This document shows positions 1-11,485 of a stretch of 64,000 bases of DNA, in pieces. This stretch comes from Podarcis liolepis (taxonomy: Eukaryota), in assembly GCA_965112155.1 (NCBI GenBank), contig OZ218104.1; one strand, written 5' to 3'. The stretch's first letter is position 1. Each line of letters starts with the position of its first letter. The notes beneath the pieces were generated by a model. That model did no database searches. It was not told the origin of the DNA and saw only the letters and a list, made by a program, of their open reading frames with translations. Position numbers and translations under genes: made by a program.

Positions 1-158
1 GACAGAGTCCATTTCAATGATTTCTTTGTCAAACCCACCAGTCCATCCAGCCCATTACTGCGAACTGTGACTGGTTGCACCTGTCCAGAATCTCAAGCTG
101 AGAGAGATTTTCCACACCTACTCTTCAAGATATCTTGTAACTACAGCACCCTCCTTAC

Positions 159-255
159 CGCTTTGCCATATCCACTTCATCAAAGTCCTGCTTGGCTAGT
201 AGTGACCTCACTATCGAGTGAGTCATAGCTGTGTCATCACTGTAGAAGTGGATTC
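159..255 (-). CDS. ADPRS: ADP-ribosylserine hydrolase ARH3, coding exon 2 (97 nt)
   Basis: tgtag|GA ATC CAC TTC TAC AGT GAT GAC ACA...AAG CG|gtaagg gives (G)IHFYSDDTAMTHSIVRSLLAKQDFDEVDMAKR. It contains the ARH (T/S)DDT Mg-binding motif and joins exon 1 in phase 1. Not in the supplied ORF track. Confidence 0.95.
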
Positions 256-906
256 CTACAAGGCAGGAAGTGCAGAAATGTCAGCATACGATGGATAGAC
301 TAGAAAGCACGTGGATGTGTGCCCGTTCGCATCCAGAGGTACCACTGTAGTTCCATTAGTGCAAGGATTTCCATTTGCACAGTGGAACTTCCTCTCCTCT
401 CCTCTCGTCATGCACTCCTCAAATTTGCTAGGGAAAACCCAGAATAAATTTAAGGGGGTTTCAGAGAAAGGAAGGACATGTTTTGTTCCACAGCCAAAGG
501 TTCCTGCACTAATGGAACTACTTGATACCGCCCTCAGTCAATAAAGACTCTTGTGGGATCTTACTCTTCAAGCATAAGAAGAAAGCATTTTTAAAACAAT
601 TTATATCCCTTTCACTGTAAAAAGAATGCTCAGAGCAGCTGTCAAGCAGGGCCGGCCCACTCATGAGGCAAGGTGGGGTGACCACGTTGGGTGGCAGGAT
701 CCACAGGGGCAGCAGATCCAGCATCCAAGGAACACATCACCTGCTGCTACCACCAGAGGGTTAAAAATTCCCAAGGGGCCAGGTGCATTTTGCAACTAGC
801 ACAGGTCCAATTGCAACCACATGGAGATCTCTGGATGCCAGGTTAGCAAATGACATTCAATATAGCTGGCCCCTCCAGCTTTCTTAAGAAGATAAGATGA
901 AGAACT

Positions 907-1103
907 TATTTATTGCATTTTTACCTCACCTTTTTCTCCAAGGAGTATATGGTTCAGTTAATCCCTACAATGATCCTGTGAGGTAGATTAAGTGGCTGTG
1001 ATTGGCCCAAGGTCACCCAGTGAGCTTCATGACTGAGTGGGGATTTGAACCCTGATCTTCCAGGTTCCAGGATGACACTGTAACCCCAACACCACACCGG
1101 CTT
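907..1103 (-). mobile_element. Old tRNA-derived SINE (Squam3-like)
   Basis: Core tggcccaaggtcacccag, shared with the 24.6 kb copy, followed by ...ggatttgaacc (B-box on the minus strand) and an A-rich tail. Confidence 0.6.
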
Positions 1104-1305
1104 CCTAGAGTACTTCTGCTATGGGGCAGCTATATAAATTAAGTAGGTAAATAAATGGGGATAACAAAATGTCACATAGAAGGATTGGAAATATTTTCAT
1201 TAAAGCTTGAATCTGTTTTATTCTGGATCGTTTTATTTGATGTTTTAATGTGTTATAAACTACTTTGAGCTTTTTTCTTTAAAATACAAAGTGGTATAGA
1301 AATGA

Positions 1306-1366
1306 AATTATTATTATTATTATTAATAATAATAATTATTATTATTATTATTAATAATAATAATAA
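1306..1366. repeat. Compound (ATT)n/(AAT)n microsatellite
   Basis: Alternating ATT and AAT tracts seen directly. Confidence 0.9.
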
Positions 1367-1441
1367 ATCTCATGGGGGAAATGGAACCTAGACATTCTGT
1401 TGTGGCAACTGCAACCTATGCTTAAGGTGGAGATTAGTGTA

Positions 1442-1628
1442 CAGTGGTACCTCCGGTTGCGGACAGGATCTGTTCCAGAGCTCCGGTCGGATCCCGAGGT
1501 TTTCGCAACTGGAGGGACCGCTTCTGCGCATGCGCGTAGGGCAAAACCAGAAAAATACTTCCGGGTTTGCCGCGTTCGCATCCTGAAGGATACGCAACCG
1601 GAGGCGTGCGTATCCAGAGGTACCACTG
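1442..1628. mobile_element. Tc1/mariner-pogo-type MITE
   Basis: TIR CAGTGGTACCTC...GAGGTACCACTG with TA on both sides. Relatives at 59103, 62608 and a right-end fragment at ~325-349. Confidence 0.85.
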
Positions 1629-2227
1629 TATATATCTAAGTTTCTAACACTGCTTCCACAGTGGCTGCTCTCCCCAATGCCATCTGTACATCCGGGCGAC
1701 CAAGAGATGTGGCTTGTATCCTCCCATCCCTCTGGAGGAAATGGCAAGGGCTGCCTCTGGGGTCTCCTGGGGTCTGCACCCACCTGGCATGATTCAGAGT
1801 GGGGCTCTCCCCTTGCCTTTGATTCCCACCTCAACCAGCAGGGAAGGCTGCTTTGATTCCCCGCCACTCCACGTTGTCCCTGATGTAGATCTTTACTCAC
1901 CCAAATCTTCCCTATGTGGATCCGTATAACCCCCTTGTTCCTGGTGCAAATCTTCACACGCTCCTTCTTGCCTGGCTGGGGAGGATGTTTTGTGGTTCGT
2001 CTCAGGTGCCATCCTGTCTTGGGCCGGCCGTTCTGACAAGGCATTAAAAATAACCAAAATAAAATAACCAAAATAAAAGCACCTGAGTGTTGTTCATCGC
2101 CCTTTGGATTCTATGCCCCGAATCTGTACAGTGACCATACACAGAGCCAGGAAGCCATTTCTTTCAAAGTTTCCATCAGAAATAAATTCACTTTTCGTCC
2201 TCTGCACCCTCAGGCTTGACTTTCCAA

Positions 2228-2232
<5 letters not shown>

Positions 2233-2263
<31 letters not shown>
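2233..2263. repeat. (CT)n microsatellite
   Basis: Direct observation. Confidence 0.9.
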
Positions 2264-2270
<7 letters not shown>

Positions 2271-2329
2271 CAGCATATACAGCATCTTCTGTTATCTTGG
2301 GTGCTTCCCACCCAACCTGTTTGCTGATT

Positions 2330-3330
2330 TTGACGACGCAGAGAACCCTACTTAATGAGGATTCACTCCGATTTGTCTTGGGAGGAGGCTAGGCGTCGTG
2401 GGGTCAAATCATTCGTTTGCCTTCCCCTTACTGCAGAACAAAAAAACCCCGACGCTCTCGAGAAAGCGGGCTTGTTGAGCAAGACCTCCAAAAAACCAGC
2501 TTCACCTGCGCAAGTTGAATTTGCGGCCTCTGGAGGCCGCCCCTAGCAAGGGGAGCTTCGCAAGGGCTGATAATCCCACGGCACGAAGTCTTCCTCTCGT
2601 GACTGCCCACCGTTTACCGTGGAGAAAATGTCACAGCCCCGACTACACACCGAGGCGTGAGCCGCCCCGACCCCTCGGGAATAAATGTATGTGGGGCGGC
2701 GGGGAAGGGTCGCTTGCCCAAATAAATTGGGGGCTCTCCCTCCCCCCACACACACACCCCGAAAAGGAAGGGCCGCCTCCCTCACCCCTGAGGGTCACCA
2801 TCTGCTGAGGCAAAAGCGGCCCAGCTGACTCCGGAGGCGGCCGAGCCTCCTCAGCCCCTCCTATTTTTACCTTTCTCGGGCGGCTGAAGCGAGCGCACGA
2901 AGCGCAGCAGCTCCGCCAAGTTGACCGTCTCGAAAGCTTCGAAGCCGCCGCCCAAGCAGTCGCCCAGCAGCGCTCCGAGCAGGCAGCCTCGGAACCGGCT
3001 TCGGCTCAGCACAGAAGCCGCGGCGGCCCCACCGCTCCCCACCGCCGCCGCCGCCATCTTGGCTCCTTTCGTTCGAGGCGGGAAGAGCGGCGCCCGGCGG
3101 CCACGTGCCGCCCCCGCGCGGCTGCAATGGACCCGCTTAGCCGCCGACGGGGGGAGGTGGTCGCCGCTTTCGCCGTCCCGATGCCCTTGTGAAAAAACAG
3201 CATTTTGTGTCTCGTTGAGTTTTTCCCTCAGCCGCCCTTTGTTCAGGCAGAGTACGGGGCGGTGTAGAGCATAGCAACAAAACGAAAGAAAAGACGGAAG
3301 AGATCTGAACAATAGAATAGACCGCAGGCA
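2330..3330 (-). promoter_or_regulatory. CpG island / ADPRS promoter
   Basis: Marked GC and CpG enrichment over a CpG-depleted background. YY1-type CAAGATGGCGGC overlaps the ATG (3050-3061), E-box CACGTG at 3102-3107, GC box at 3108-3115. Boundaries approximate. Confidence 0.85.
2871..3057 (-). CDS. ADPRS: ARH3 coding exon 1 (187 nt)
   Basis: MAAAAVGSGGAAAASVLSRSRFRGCLLGALLGDCLGGGFEAFETVNLAELLRFVRSLQPPEK matches the ARH3 N-terminus (RFRGCLxGALLGDC). ATG context AAGATGG; donor AAAG|gtaaaa at 2870. Confidence 0.95.
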
Positions 3331-4669
3331 AATGTAAAAACCCCATTTAAAAATGCCTGGGCAAGCCTAGCATTGTTACAGCACAGCATCAAGAAGAAGA
3401 AGAAGAAGAACTCCTCTTACTCTAAATGAAATAAAAACAACTCTCTTTCTGGAGTAGCGAAATTCCACCGTGGAATAGCTTTGTATACTAAGAAGGGCGT
3501 GTCCTGGAGCTACAACCCTACAGGTGTTTTACCTGACCTTGGGGGGTGTGGGTGTCAGCTACTTTAATAGGAAAAGGGTTTTTTTTAAATCTATATTGGC
3601 ATCTCACATCACTGATGCATTAGGTCACCAGCTCCCTCAGAGCAGTGCTACCTCTGGAGTTAACAGCTTGGCCAGAGTCTTAAGCATGTTGTGCCCAGAC
3701 ACAGGCTCCAAATGTAATTGCGCTTCTTGGCTCCCTGCGAAGCCAGGTAGCAGATTTTAGGTGCCATTTATGAGAGCAACGTGAGAGAGAAAGACAATTA
3801 GATCTGACCTGTAGCCGGCACAGTTCCTAGGAAGTTATCCTGCGGAAGCCTTACCAAAATATTGTACTTATTTCCCAGTAAATTGTGTTCTGTATGGGAG
3901 ATTCCAGATGAGATGTTTATTGAGCATTCATCCAGATACATTCACACCGAAGTGATACAACCAGCTAGTGGTTATCTTACACTTCCCATTTGTCAATTTT
4001 CTGTCAATTTTCTTATCAGACTTCCTGTGATTAGAAAAGTGATGGGATATTTGCACATGTGCAGGATAAGAACCCTTTTTGTGTGTGTGCAAATTAATTA
4101 TCCCGCAAGAAGCAAGAGAGTGCACCATTTGGAGTCTTTTGCCTTTATAGAGGAGGCTAGTTTCTACATACACTCACACGTGCCTTGCTGTCCTCAGTCC
4201 TAACAAGCAAGGTGCATTATTGAGTTACAGCTATGCCAAAACATTTTACACATCATGTGTCAGTCAGGAGTGTGGTCATGGGAGAGTTTCAAGGGCCACA
4301 CAGTTGCCTTGAGCACTGCATTTGATCCCTGGCTTGAGATTCCCCAAATGTACTTCGCCAAACCTTTATTAGGTGTTACAAGTATAGGCCATTATAAAAC
4401 AACCATATATAAAAATTTAAAATATATACAAATAAACAGCCATGTGAAATATATAATGAGGAGGATTTTCATTGGGATTTCTTCCCACTAAAACTCAGCC
4501 ACCCTTGCAGTTACTTCCGGGTTAATGTCTGACAGAATCTGGTATTTTCATTTTGCCATGATGTTACACTACCCAAAAAAGGGGATAGCACGTGTTTGCA
4601 TAGCTGGTTAGTAGAAAAGGATATGTTCTATAGTGTCCGGCACATTCAAAGAACATCCACAATGTCTTA

Positions 4670-4996
4670 AACCACAGAGCCTAGGACTTGCCTATCAGAA
4701 GGTCGGTGGTTCGAATCCCGGTGATGGGGTGTGCTCCCATTGCTCGGTCCCTGCTCCTGCCTACCTAGCAGTTCAAAAGCATGTCAAAGTGCAATTAGAT
4801 AAATAGGTACTGCTCTGGTGGGAAGGTAACGGCCTTTCCGTGCGCTGCTCTGGTTCGCCATAAGCGGCTTAGTCATGCTGGCCACATGACCTGGAAGCTG
4901 TACACAGGCTCCCTCAGCCAATAAAGCAAGATGAGCGCCGCAACCCCAGAGTCATCCGTGACTGGACCTAATAGTTAGGGGTCTCTTTACCTTTTA
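4670..4996 (+). mobile_element. Sauria SINE-like element, 5'-truncated
   Basis: B-box ggttcgaatcc, body tagataaataggtac...catgctggccacatgacc, tail acctttt; flanked by a 43-bp direct duplication. Confidence 0.8.
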
Positions 4997-5166
4997 TCTA
5001 CAGTGTCTGGCATATTCAAAGAAGATCCACAATATCTTATCATTTCTGGGGATGTTTAAATATCTGCCCTTGACAACAGCTGAGGGGGAAACGTTCGGTC
5101 GGGCTAACGTAAAGGCCCTGCGTTGGGCTGGAATTATTAATTTTGATATATCTGTTGTATTTAAAC

Positions 5167-5296
5167 CAGGCATAGGCAAACTCAGCCCTCCAGATGTTTT
5201 GAGACTACAATTCCCATCATCCCTGACCACTAGTCCTGTTAGCTAAGGTTGATGGGAGTTGTAGTCCCAAAACATCTGAAGGGCTGAGTTTGCCTG
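5167..5296. mobile_element. Palindromic hAT-like MITE
   Basis: aggcaaactcagccctccagatgttttgagactacaattcccatca is mirrored by gatgggagttgtagtcccaaaacatctgaagggctgagtttgcct. Decayed relatives near 6.7, 10.0, 20.6, 25.6, 43.7 and 59.4 kb. Confidence 0.75.
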
Positions 5297-5398
5297 ATTT
5301 AAAACACAGAACTTGGGTTCCCCACCAAATTTAAAGTGATGCAAAAATCAAAGCATGAAAGTACTTGATGTGTCAGAAATACTGTCGCTGGGGACAGA

Positions 5399-5404
5399 TT
5401 TATT
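5399..5404 (-). terminator. Probable TEKT2 polyadenylation signal AATAAA
   Basis: First minus-strand AATAAA noticed after the TEKT2 stop, ~240 nt downstream. Confidence 0.6.
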
Positions 5405-5645
5405 GGTTATCACACTTTCTTGGAATACCAAAGCTGTAAACAAGGGGAAGCTTTATACAATCTTTGAGAACAGAAATGGGTCAAAAGGGAGAAGGAAAGT
5501 CATGTCACTCTTAACATGAGACAGATATCATCTGTGCTTGGCATGGAAGCAAGTCACTGGGCGGGGGGCAGGGACTGTCACTCACTTCCCAAGCCAATTC
5601 CTTCTTCAGTATTACTCAAGGGATTATACATCTCATGCCATTATT

Positions 5646-5859
5646 CTAAGCCAGTTCCAGCTGTCGGCACTTGAGGGGTGAAAGAGTGCGATTGGTGGTT
5701 CGGTTGAAGGTGTCCACCTCAGGCACAAATTTTTCAGCAGGGATTGTCAGCTTCCGCCTGACATCCATGCACTTGTTATCCAGCGTCAGGGAGTTCAATT
5801 TGTAGGCGATGTTTGCCTGGATACGGTCCAGGTGTTTGTAGAGAGCATCCAGAGCATCC
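5646..5859 (-). CDS. TEKT2: Tektin-2 last coding exon (214 nt, incl. TAG)
   Basis: ctcag|G GAT GCT... gives DALDALYKHLDRIQANIAYKLNSLTLDNKCMDVRRKLTIPAEKFVPEVDTFNRTTNRTLSPLKCRQLELA*. Confidence 0.95.
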
Positions 5860-6041
5860 CTGAGGAAAGAAGCCAAGGTAAGTTGAGCAGGAGGTTGCCT
5901 CCATTTGCCTTTAAATCAAAGCAAGTCCTTATCCTTTGGTGTGGTTGGTGGTAACTGAATTTCAGCTATGGCACTGGGGGTGGGGCAACACTGATTTTCC
6001 ATTGCAAGGGTCTCATTAATCATTTTTCTATCAGGTATAAG

Positions 6042-6404
6042 CAGGGTCGGATTTAGGTTTGATGAGGCCCTAAACTACTGAAGGTAATGGGGCCCTTTAT
6101 ATGTCCAGCTGTTCTTTGTCAACAACAATTTTTTTGTGTTGAATGTAGGCACCCTATATATAGAAATGAGCAAACCAGTGATATTTTAGGGAGCAGGCTA
6201 GCAGGTGAGGCCCATTACTTACATCATAGGAGCCTACACAACACAAAACACTGTTGCTGTATGTAGGTTTTATTTTATTTGTTTTTATCTTATATTTTGG
6301 AAATTTACATCCAGGTTTTTTTTCCTTTAATTTTTTTTGGGGGCCCCCAAGAGAGTGGGGCCTTAAGCTATAGCTTGTTTAGCTTATACATAAATCCGGC
6401 ACTG
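6042..6404. mobile_element. Non-autonomous hAT element
   Basis: TIRs CAGGGTCGGATTTA / TAAATCCGGCACTG; 8-bp TSD GGTATAAG (6034-6041) and GGTACAAG (6405-6412). Confidence 0.85.
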
Positions 6405-7271
6405 GGTACAAGTTACGCTTATGATGGCAGATTATCTTGGAGAAACAAGGATCTCTCTCCCCATGGCAGGGCCTCCCTGTAAATTGTGTAAGCCTAAGGG
6501 CCGCATTCCCTTCTGAGCAACCTTCCAAGGGCCACATGTGAGAGTAGCGGATGGGATGGGAAGCAAATGTGAGGGAGCCACAAATGTAAATTTTGCCTTT
6601 GTATTATGGTAGGCTAGTTACTACGTACTCCATCTGTCCAACCAACCAAGAGACATTATGAGAGTTCAGGAGCAATGGTCCAGCCAGGCAAAAGCTCTTG
6701 CAGTGCAGTTTCCATCATCCCCAACCACTGGATATGCTGGCTGGAGCTGATGGGAGCTAGAGTTCCAGAACATCTGGAGGGCAACAGATTAGCCACCCCT
6801 GGTGCAAAAGAACAGACTGCGGGGGAAACGTGTCTGACTTCTAAGCTTATGTATTATAAAATATATGCTAAGTCTTGAATTTATTACTGTGGACTTCCTA
6901 CTGGGACCAGATATTAGCAAGTCATCCCAGGCACTGGAATCCAGGAGATGCCATCTTGCATCTATCACCTAAAGATCATGCACAGAGCCCACTATTACCA
7001 GCCTTTGATATAGTAATGCTGTAGTGTGAAAGGCACATTGGTGCTGCATCACAAAAGATTTGGAGATTATGCTCCTAGCCTGTATAAAGTCAGCTTCCCA
7101 TGTTCTGTTTTCACTCATATATCTAAGTGATCCTAGTGAACAGCCATGGCCTTCTGCAACCTAGGCAGCATATGCTGACCCAAGGCCACAACTTGCAACT
7201 GATGCTTACTTAAAAACAGCCTATTCCTTTTCTCTGTTGAATTTTGTTTTTGTTTTTAGGGAGGTACATAC

Positions 7272-7351
7272 TGTAACTGTGCCAGCTTCTGATTCAGACA
7301 AGCAATGGTGCCTTCCAGCTGATGCACCTCATCTGTCAATCCATGCTGAGC
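7272..7351 (-). CDS. TEKT2: Tektin-2 coding exon 8 (80 nt)
   Basis: ttcag|GCT CAG CAT... gives AQHGLTDEVHQLEGTIACLNQKLAQL(Q); donor gtatgt. Confidence 0.93.
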
Positions 7352-7807
7352 CTGAAAGCCAAGGACAAGAGAGGGACGTCAAGCTTCAATACGTCACAAA
7401 TGGTAGCTTAGCCAAGAAAAGTTGGTTACTCCTGGGTTAAACTGTCAGCTCCCCCTAATATTACTGTTATGGTCTGGCTTCTACAAAGAAGCCCAAGAAG
7501 CTGCAAGGCTACCACTATTAGTAATAGTAGTAGCAGTAGTAGTATTTCTATACCACCCTTCAACTGAGGATAACAAGCAGTTTACATTATAAAAACACAA
7601 AAATACATTACACAGTAGCAAAAGGAATAACACCCACCCACCCCCGTGAATAAGCAGTGGGGTGGAGCAGTTAAAGCCTTCTGCAAGCAGCCTTTAAAAT
7701 GTCCTTCATGCCTTCTCTCTGCCTTGCCTTGCCTCTGGTGCACAAGGCCAGCTGTGACTCCTGTCTGCCCACAATTCTAAGCTTACACAGCTAGAGGTTT
7801 GCTGTAC

Positions 7808-7951
7808 CTGGTCACGGCAAAGCTCTGTGTTGGAGCGGTAAGTCCGGGTTTCCAGACGGGTATGAGCCAGTTTCAAATTCACCACCTTTGCCCGGATGTC
7901 GTCCTCCAGGCGCCTGATGTCCTCTTCCATTTCAGCGATTTCTTCTAGGGT
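7808..7951 (-). CDS. TEKT2: Tektin-2 coding exon 7 (144 nt)
   Basis: TLEEIAEMEEDIRRLEDDIRAKVVNLKLAHTRLETRTYRSNTELCRDQ contains the tektin signature loop (RPNVELCRD variant). Confidence 0.96.
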
Positions 7952-8544
7952 CTGAAAAAAGCAAAGACACCATGGGGAGAGAGGCTTAGAATTGGTTGCC
8001 ACCTCTGTGAGGTGGGCCATACAGGAGGAGCACATGCAATGGCAGAGCTTTGCATGCAGGAAGTCCCAGGTTCAGTCCCCAGCAGCATCTCCAGGTTGTG
8101 GGATAACTGCCCTGAGACCTCCAGGTATAGGGTGGTATAGTAATTCAATCAACAAACAAACAAACAAAATACTTAAGTCTAATTAATGCATGAAAGGGTT
8201 AATACAATAGAGTAAGCTGTCCTGCTCAACTTAGCTATGGCTCATCTTTCTCAGGGAAAGGGCCACACTGAAACATAGCCAGCTCTCTGACGGCAGCATG
8301 GCAAAGTGGGTGTGACCCAAGTATGAAAGTGAGTGTGGCAATGATTGCGGTTCTCAAGGCTGCCTTCCAAAAGGGGACCTGCAGAAGCGGTCAGAAACTA
8401 AATGAAATGGGATGAGATGGAATGGAATGGAATACTATTTTAAAGAGAAAATGTGTCACAGACAAATTTGGGAAAGTTTTGGGCCCTAAAAAAAAAAGGC
8501 ATTTAGCAACAAAGTGTCACGGTGAGCGACTTACAGAAGCAGCT

Positions 8545-8686
8545 AGTAAAGAACCATCTGAAGACAGCCCTGTATAGAGAAGGTTTTTTAATGTTTAATG
8601 TTTTAACATGTTTTTATGAATGTTGGAAGCTGCCCAGAGTGGCTGGGGGAACCCTGTCAGATGGGCAGGGTATAAATAATAATAAA
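8545..8686 (+). mobile_element. L2-like LINE 3' end fragment
   Basis: catctgaagacagccctg...gcccagagtggctgggg...ggggtataaataataataa; same family as the 50.6 and 62.1 kb copies. Confidence 0.65.
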
Positions 8687-8959
8687 ATGATGATGATGAA
8701 ATTGGATGTCCCTATTTTCATCAGAGAAATGTTGAAGGGTCTGAAGTAGGTCATGAAAAAAGGCTCCCTACCCCTCCTTCAGGCACTGGGAAAAAAGGAG
8801 ATATCCCCTCCAAGACTGCAGATGATAACACTCTGAATTGTGGAAGAGCCTTAGCATAAACCGAAGGAGACTCTGCACTCAGAACAGATATTCTATATGT
8901 GTCATTTAAAAATAAAAAAAATGTGCAGGGCAGGTCTCCAATGCCAGCCAAAGACTTAC

Positions 8960-9067
8960 ATTCTTCTCTTGCCACCTCAGCTCATCAAGGGCTTGCTCCA
9001 CTTCATGGAGCCTCTTCCGGAAGGCAAATTCTGTGGCCACGCGCTGAGCTTCTAGTTCGTTCTCAGT
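8960..9067 (-). CDS. TEKT2: Tektin-2 coding exon 6 (108 nt)
   Basis: ttctag|ACT GAG AAC... gives TENELEAQRVATEFAFRKRLHEVEQALDELRWQEKN; donor gtaagt. Confidence 0.95.
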
Positions 9068-9084
9068 CTAGAATAGGAAACACA

Positions 9085-9231
9085 CATGGGCATAGCCAGA
9101 GAGGGACAGGGAGGGGCAGCTGCCCCCCTAAATTAATAAAAGGCAATAAAAATACATAGCTAACTGAGGTTCTGCCCCCCTCCCAATGAAAGGCCTGGCC
9201 CCTACTAACAAAAATCCTGGCTACGCCTATG
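9085..9231. mobile_element. hAT MITE inserted beside a TEKT2 splice acceptor
   Basis: TIRs CATGGGCATAGCCAG / CTGGCTACGCCTATG; perfect 8-bp TSD GAAACACA (9077-9084 and 9232-9239). Confidence 0.85.
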
Positions 9232-10166
9232 GAAACACATATAAAAAGTTAGGCCACTATCATATCATAGTTTAATAATTGCACATAGATTGAGAGAGCC
9301 ATCACTTTGCAATGATGTATAGTGGCTTGGCTGTTGGCCAAACAGATTTTACAGGATTTTGAAATGTAGATGGGCACAACGGGTTTTGGAAAGGAAAAAA
9401 AGTTGAACAAGTGTATATGCCACAAACAACGACTCCTCTTTCAAACCACTTTTAATTCTCAAAAAAACAAAATCCCAAGTTGCATCCAGCAAAGTTGTTG
9501 CATTAGCACAAGGACTACTACTTGCACAGTGGAACTTTCCCTCCTGCTTCCCCCCACGAGCTCCCCACATCCATTCCAGGGTTTCCCCAACCCTCTGGAG
9601 CAGATTTGGGGAAGGGGATGAGTGGGAGAGGAGAGGGAGGGGGTTGTTCCATCACACAGGCGATTGCCTTTGAGCTAACAAGGCTGTTGGAATAATCAGC
9701 CTTTAATTAAACAGCCTTTCCTCCTTGCTTCTGCTGCATCCAGTAAAGGTTGGTGATCCTGAGCAAAAAAGTTCCTTCATTTCAACAGTATAATTTTAGG
9801 CTGCAGGGATCCATCTAGTTGCTGCCATTGATAAATCATTAGGCACCAGAAAGGTTTGCCAATCAATGCAAACCACTAAAAGATCTTCCAGCAGATCCAG
9901 ATCAGACATTCAGTAGATTACTTTGAAAACAAGTCACCTTAATTATGGATCTACTCACAGCCTTTGCCAACCTGAAGCCCTCGAAATGCTTTGGACTATA
10001 CTGTAACTCCCATCAGGTGGGAGGTGTGGTACTTCTTAGGACCGATGGGAGTTGCAGTCCAAAATACCTACAAAGCACCAGGTTGGCAAAGGCTCTATAA
10101 CATACAGTAATGTATCTTCTCCATCAAGAGCCTTCCTAGGAGCCAATAGGAAGCCATGTGGTTTAC

Positions 10167-10281
10167 CTGGGCAATGGTGAGGGCCATGGCTTCTCGCAGA
10201 TCTGAGGCTGCTTTCATTTCTGCCTCTGCTCGATCCTTGTTGTATTGAGTGATCTGATCCCATTCCTCTGGAGTGAGAGTT
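10167..10281 (-). CDS. TEKT2: Tektin-2 coding exon 5 (115 nt)
   Basis: TLTPEEWDQITQYNKDRAEAEMKAASDLREAMALTIAQ; acceptor tgtag|, donor |gtaaac. Confidence 0.95.
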
Positions 10282-10981
10282 CTACAACAGGCAGAAGGAA
10301 AAGATGGCCTGGTTGTTAGAATCAATTTTTCACACACACTTTCTCCCTGTATTGCCTTGCATGTTTTTAAACTGTACGTCTGCAGCTTTGAAAGCCAATG
10401 GTCAGAAAAGAGCATACTGTATAAATAAAGTTTAACTCACCCACCCACCCATGCAGTGCACTTAATAAAAGCACACTAAGCTCGCAGTGTGCCAAATATT
10501 TATTCTGCATTTTTTTCTGACCATTCTCCATCAATTAATGAGGAAAGAAATAACATTGGGGAAAATACCAAAGGGGATAGAAAATTCAGTGAAACACATG
10601 GGGCTTTGACGTACTTCCCTTAATTCTGAGGTGGGCAAGTTGCTGTTTGTGTGGCTGAGTGCCCTTCTGTTCATTATACAAATCTTCTCTCAGGCAGTCT
10701 GCACTCTGCAGCACAGCCCCCCCCCCCCCCGCACACACACACCTGCATATCTGTCCTTCCTGAAAACCTCATGAAGTCCTTGGGCTGGGCTTTCCTCTAA
10801 GAACAGAAGGTAAAGCTGCTGCCCCTCCCGGGCGTTGCTTGTTTTAAAAACCAAGACTTTACTTTTAAGGAAATCATTACAGAAAGATTAAAGGTAGAAT
10901 GACATACTTTTAAAGAGGACAAAAGGAAGCACTTTTTAAACAATATCGGTGAACACGTTGATTGCAGGTGCTTGGTAACTG

Positions 10982-11485
10982 CCGTATTTTTCACTCTATA
11001 AGACGCACCCGACCATAAGATGCACCTGGTTTTTGAGAAGGAAAACAAGAAAAGCCAGCAAGAAAAGCCAAAAAGACACGCTCGCTCGGCGTGGCTCTTT
11101 AAAGATAGAGTGGCTCTTGCTGGCTTTTCTGGGAGGTGGGAGAAGGGACTGACTGCCCTCCGTCCATTTTCCCACCTTCCTGAAAAACCAGAGCAAGCTG
11201 CGCAACTATAGCTGAAGCCAGAAGAGCTTGCTGTGGTGGCTTCAGCAATAGCTGTGTAGTGCCTCTTCAGCGAAGCAGAAGGAGGAATGGAAGGGGCTCT
11301 GTAAGGGCTCCCTTCCGTCCCTCATCCTGCTTCGCTGGGAAGCCAGCAGAACAAGAGGCGCTGCGCAGCTCTTGCTCTGCTGACTTCAGCGATAGCTGTG
11401 CAGCCTGCATTCGCTCCATAAGACGCACATTTCCCCTTACTTTTTAGGAGGAAAAAAGTGTTGTCTTATGGAGCGAAAAATACGG
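10982..11485. mobile_element. Non-autonomous Tc1/mariner-pogo-type element
   Basis: TIRs CCGTATTTTTCACTCTATAAGAC / GTCTTATGGAGCGAAAAATACGG; TA on the right and TG on the left. Confidence 0.8.

Noticed and set aside
1388-2071. 227-aa minus-strand ORF in ADPRS intron 1
   Set aside because: It runs through MITE sequence, has no recognisable domain and has no supporting splice structure.
2851-3312. N-terminally extended 153-aa ARH3 ORF and the antisense ORF 2921-3274
   Set aside because: Homology starts at the ATG at 3057. The extra open frames reflect the low stop-codon density of a CpG island.
5167-5296. Pre-miRNA hairpin
   Set aside because: The hairpin is a multi-copy MITE, and there is no expression evidence in the sequence.
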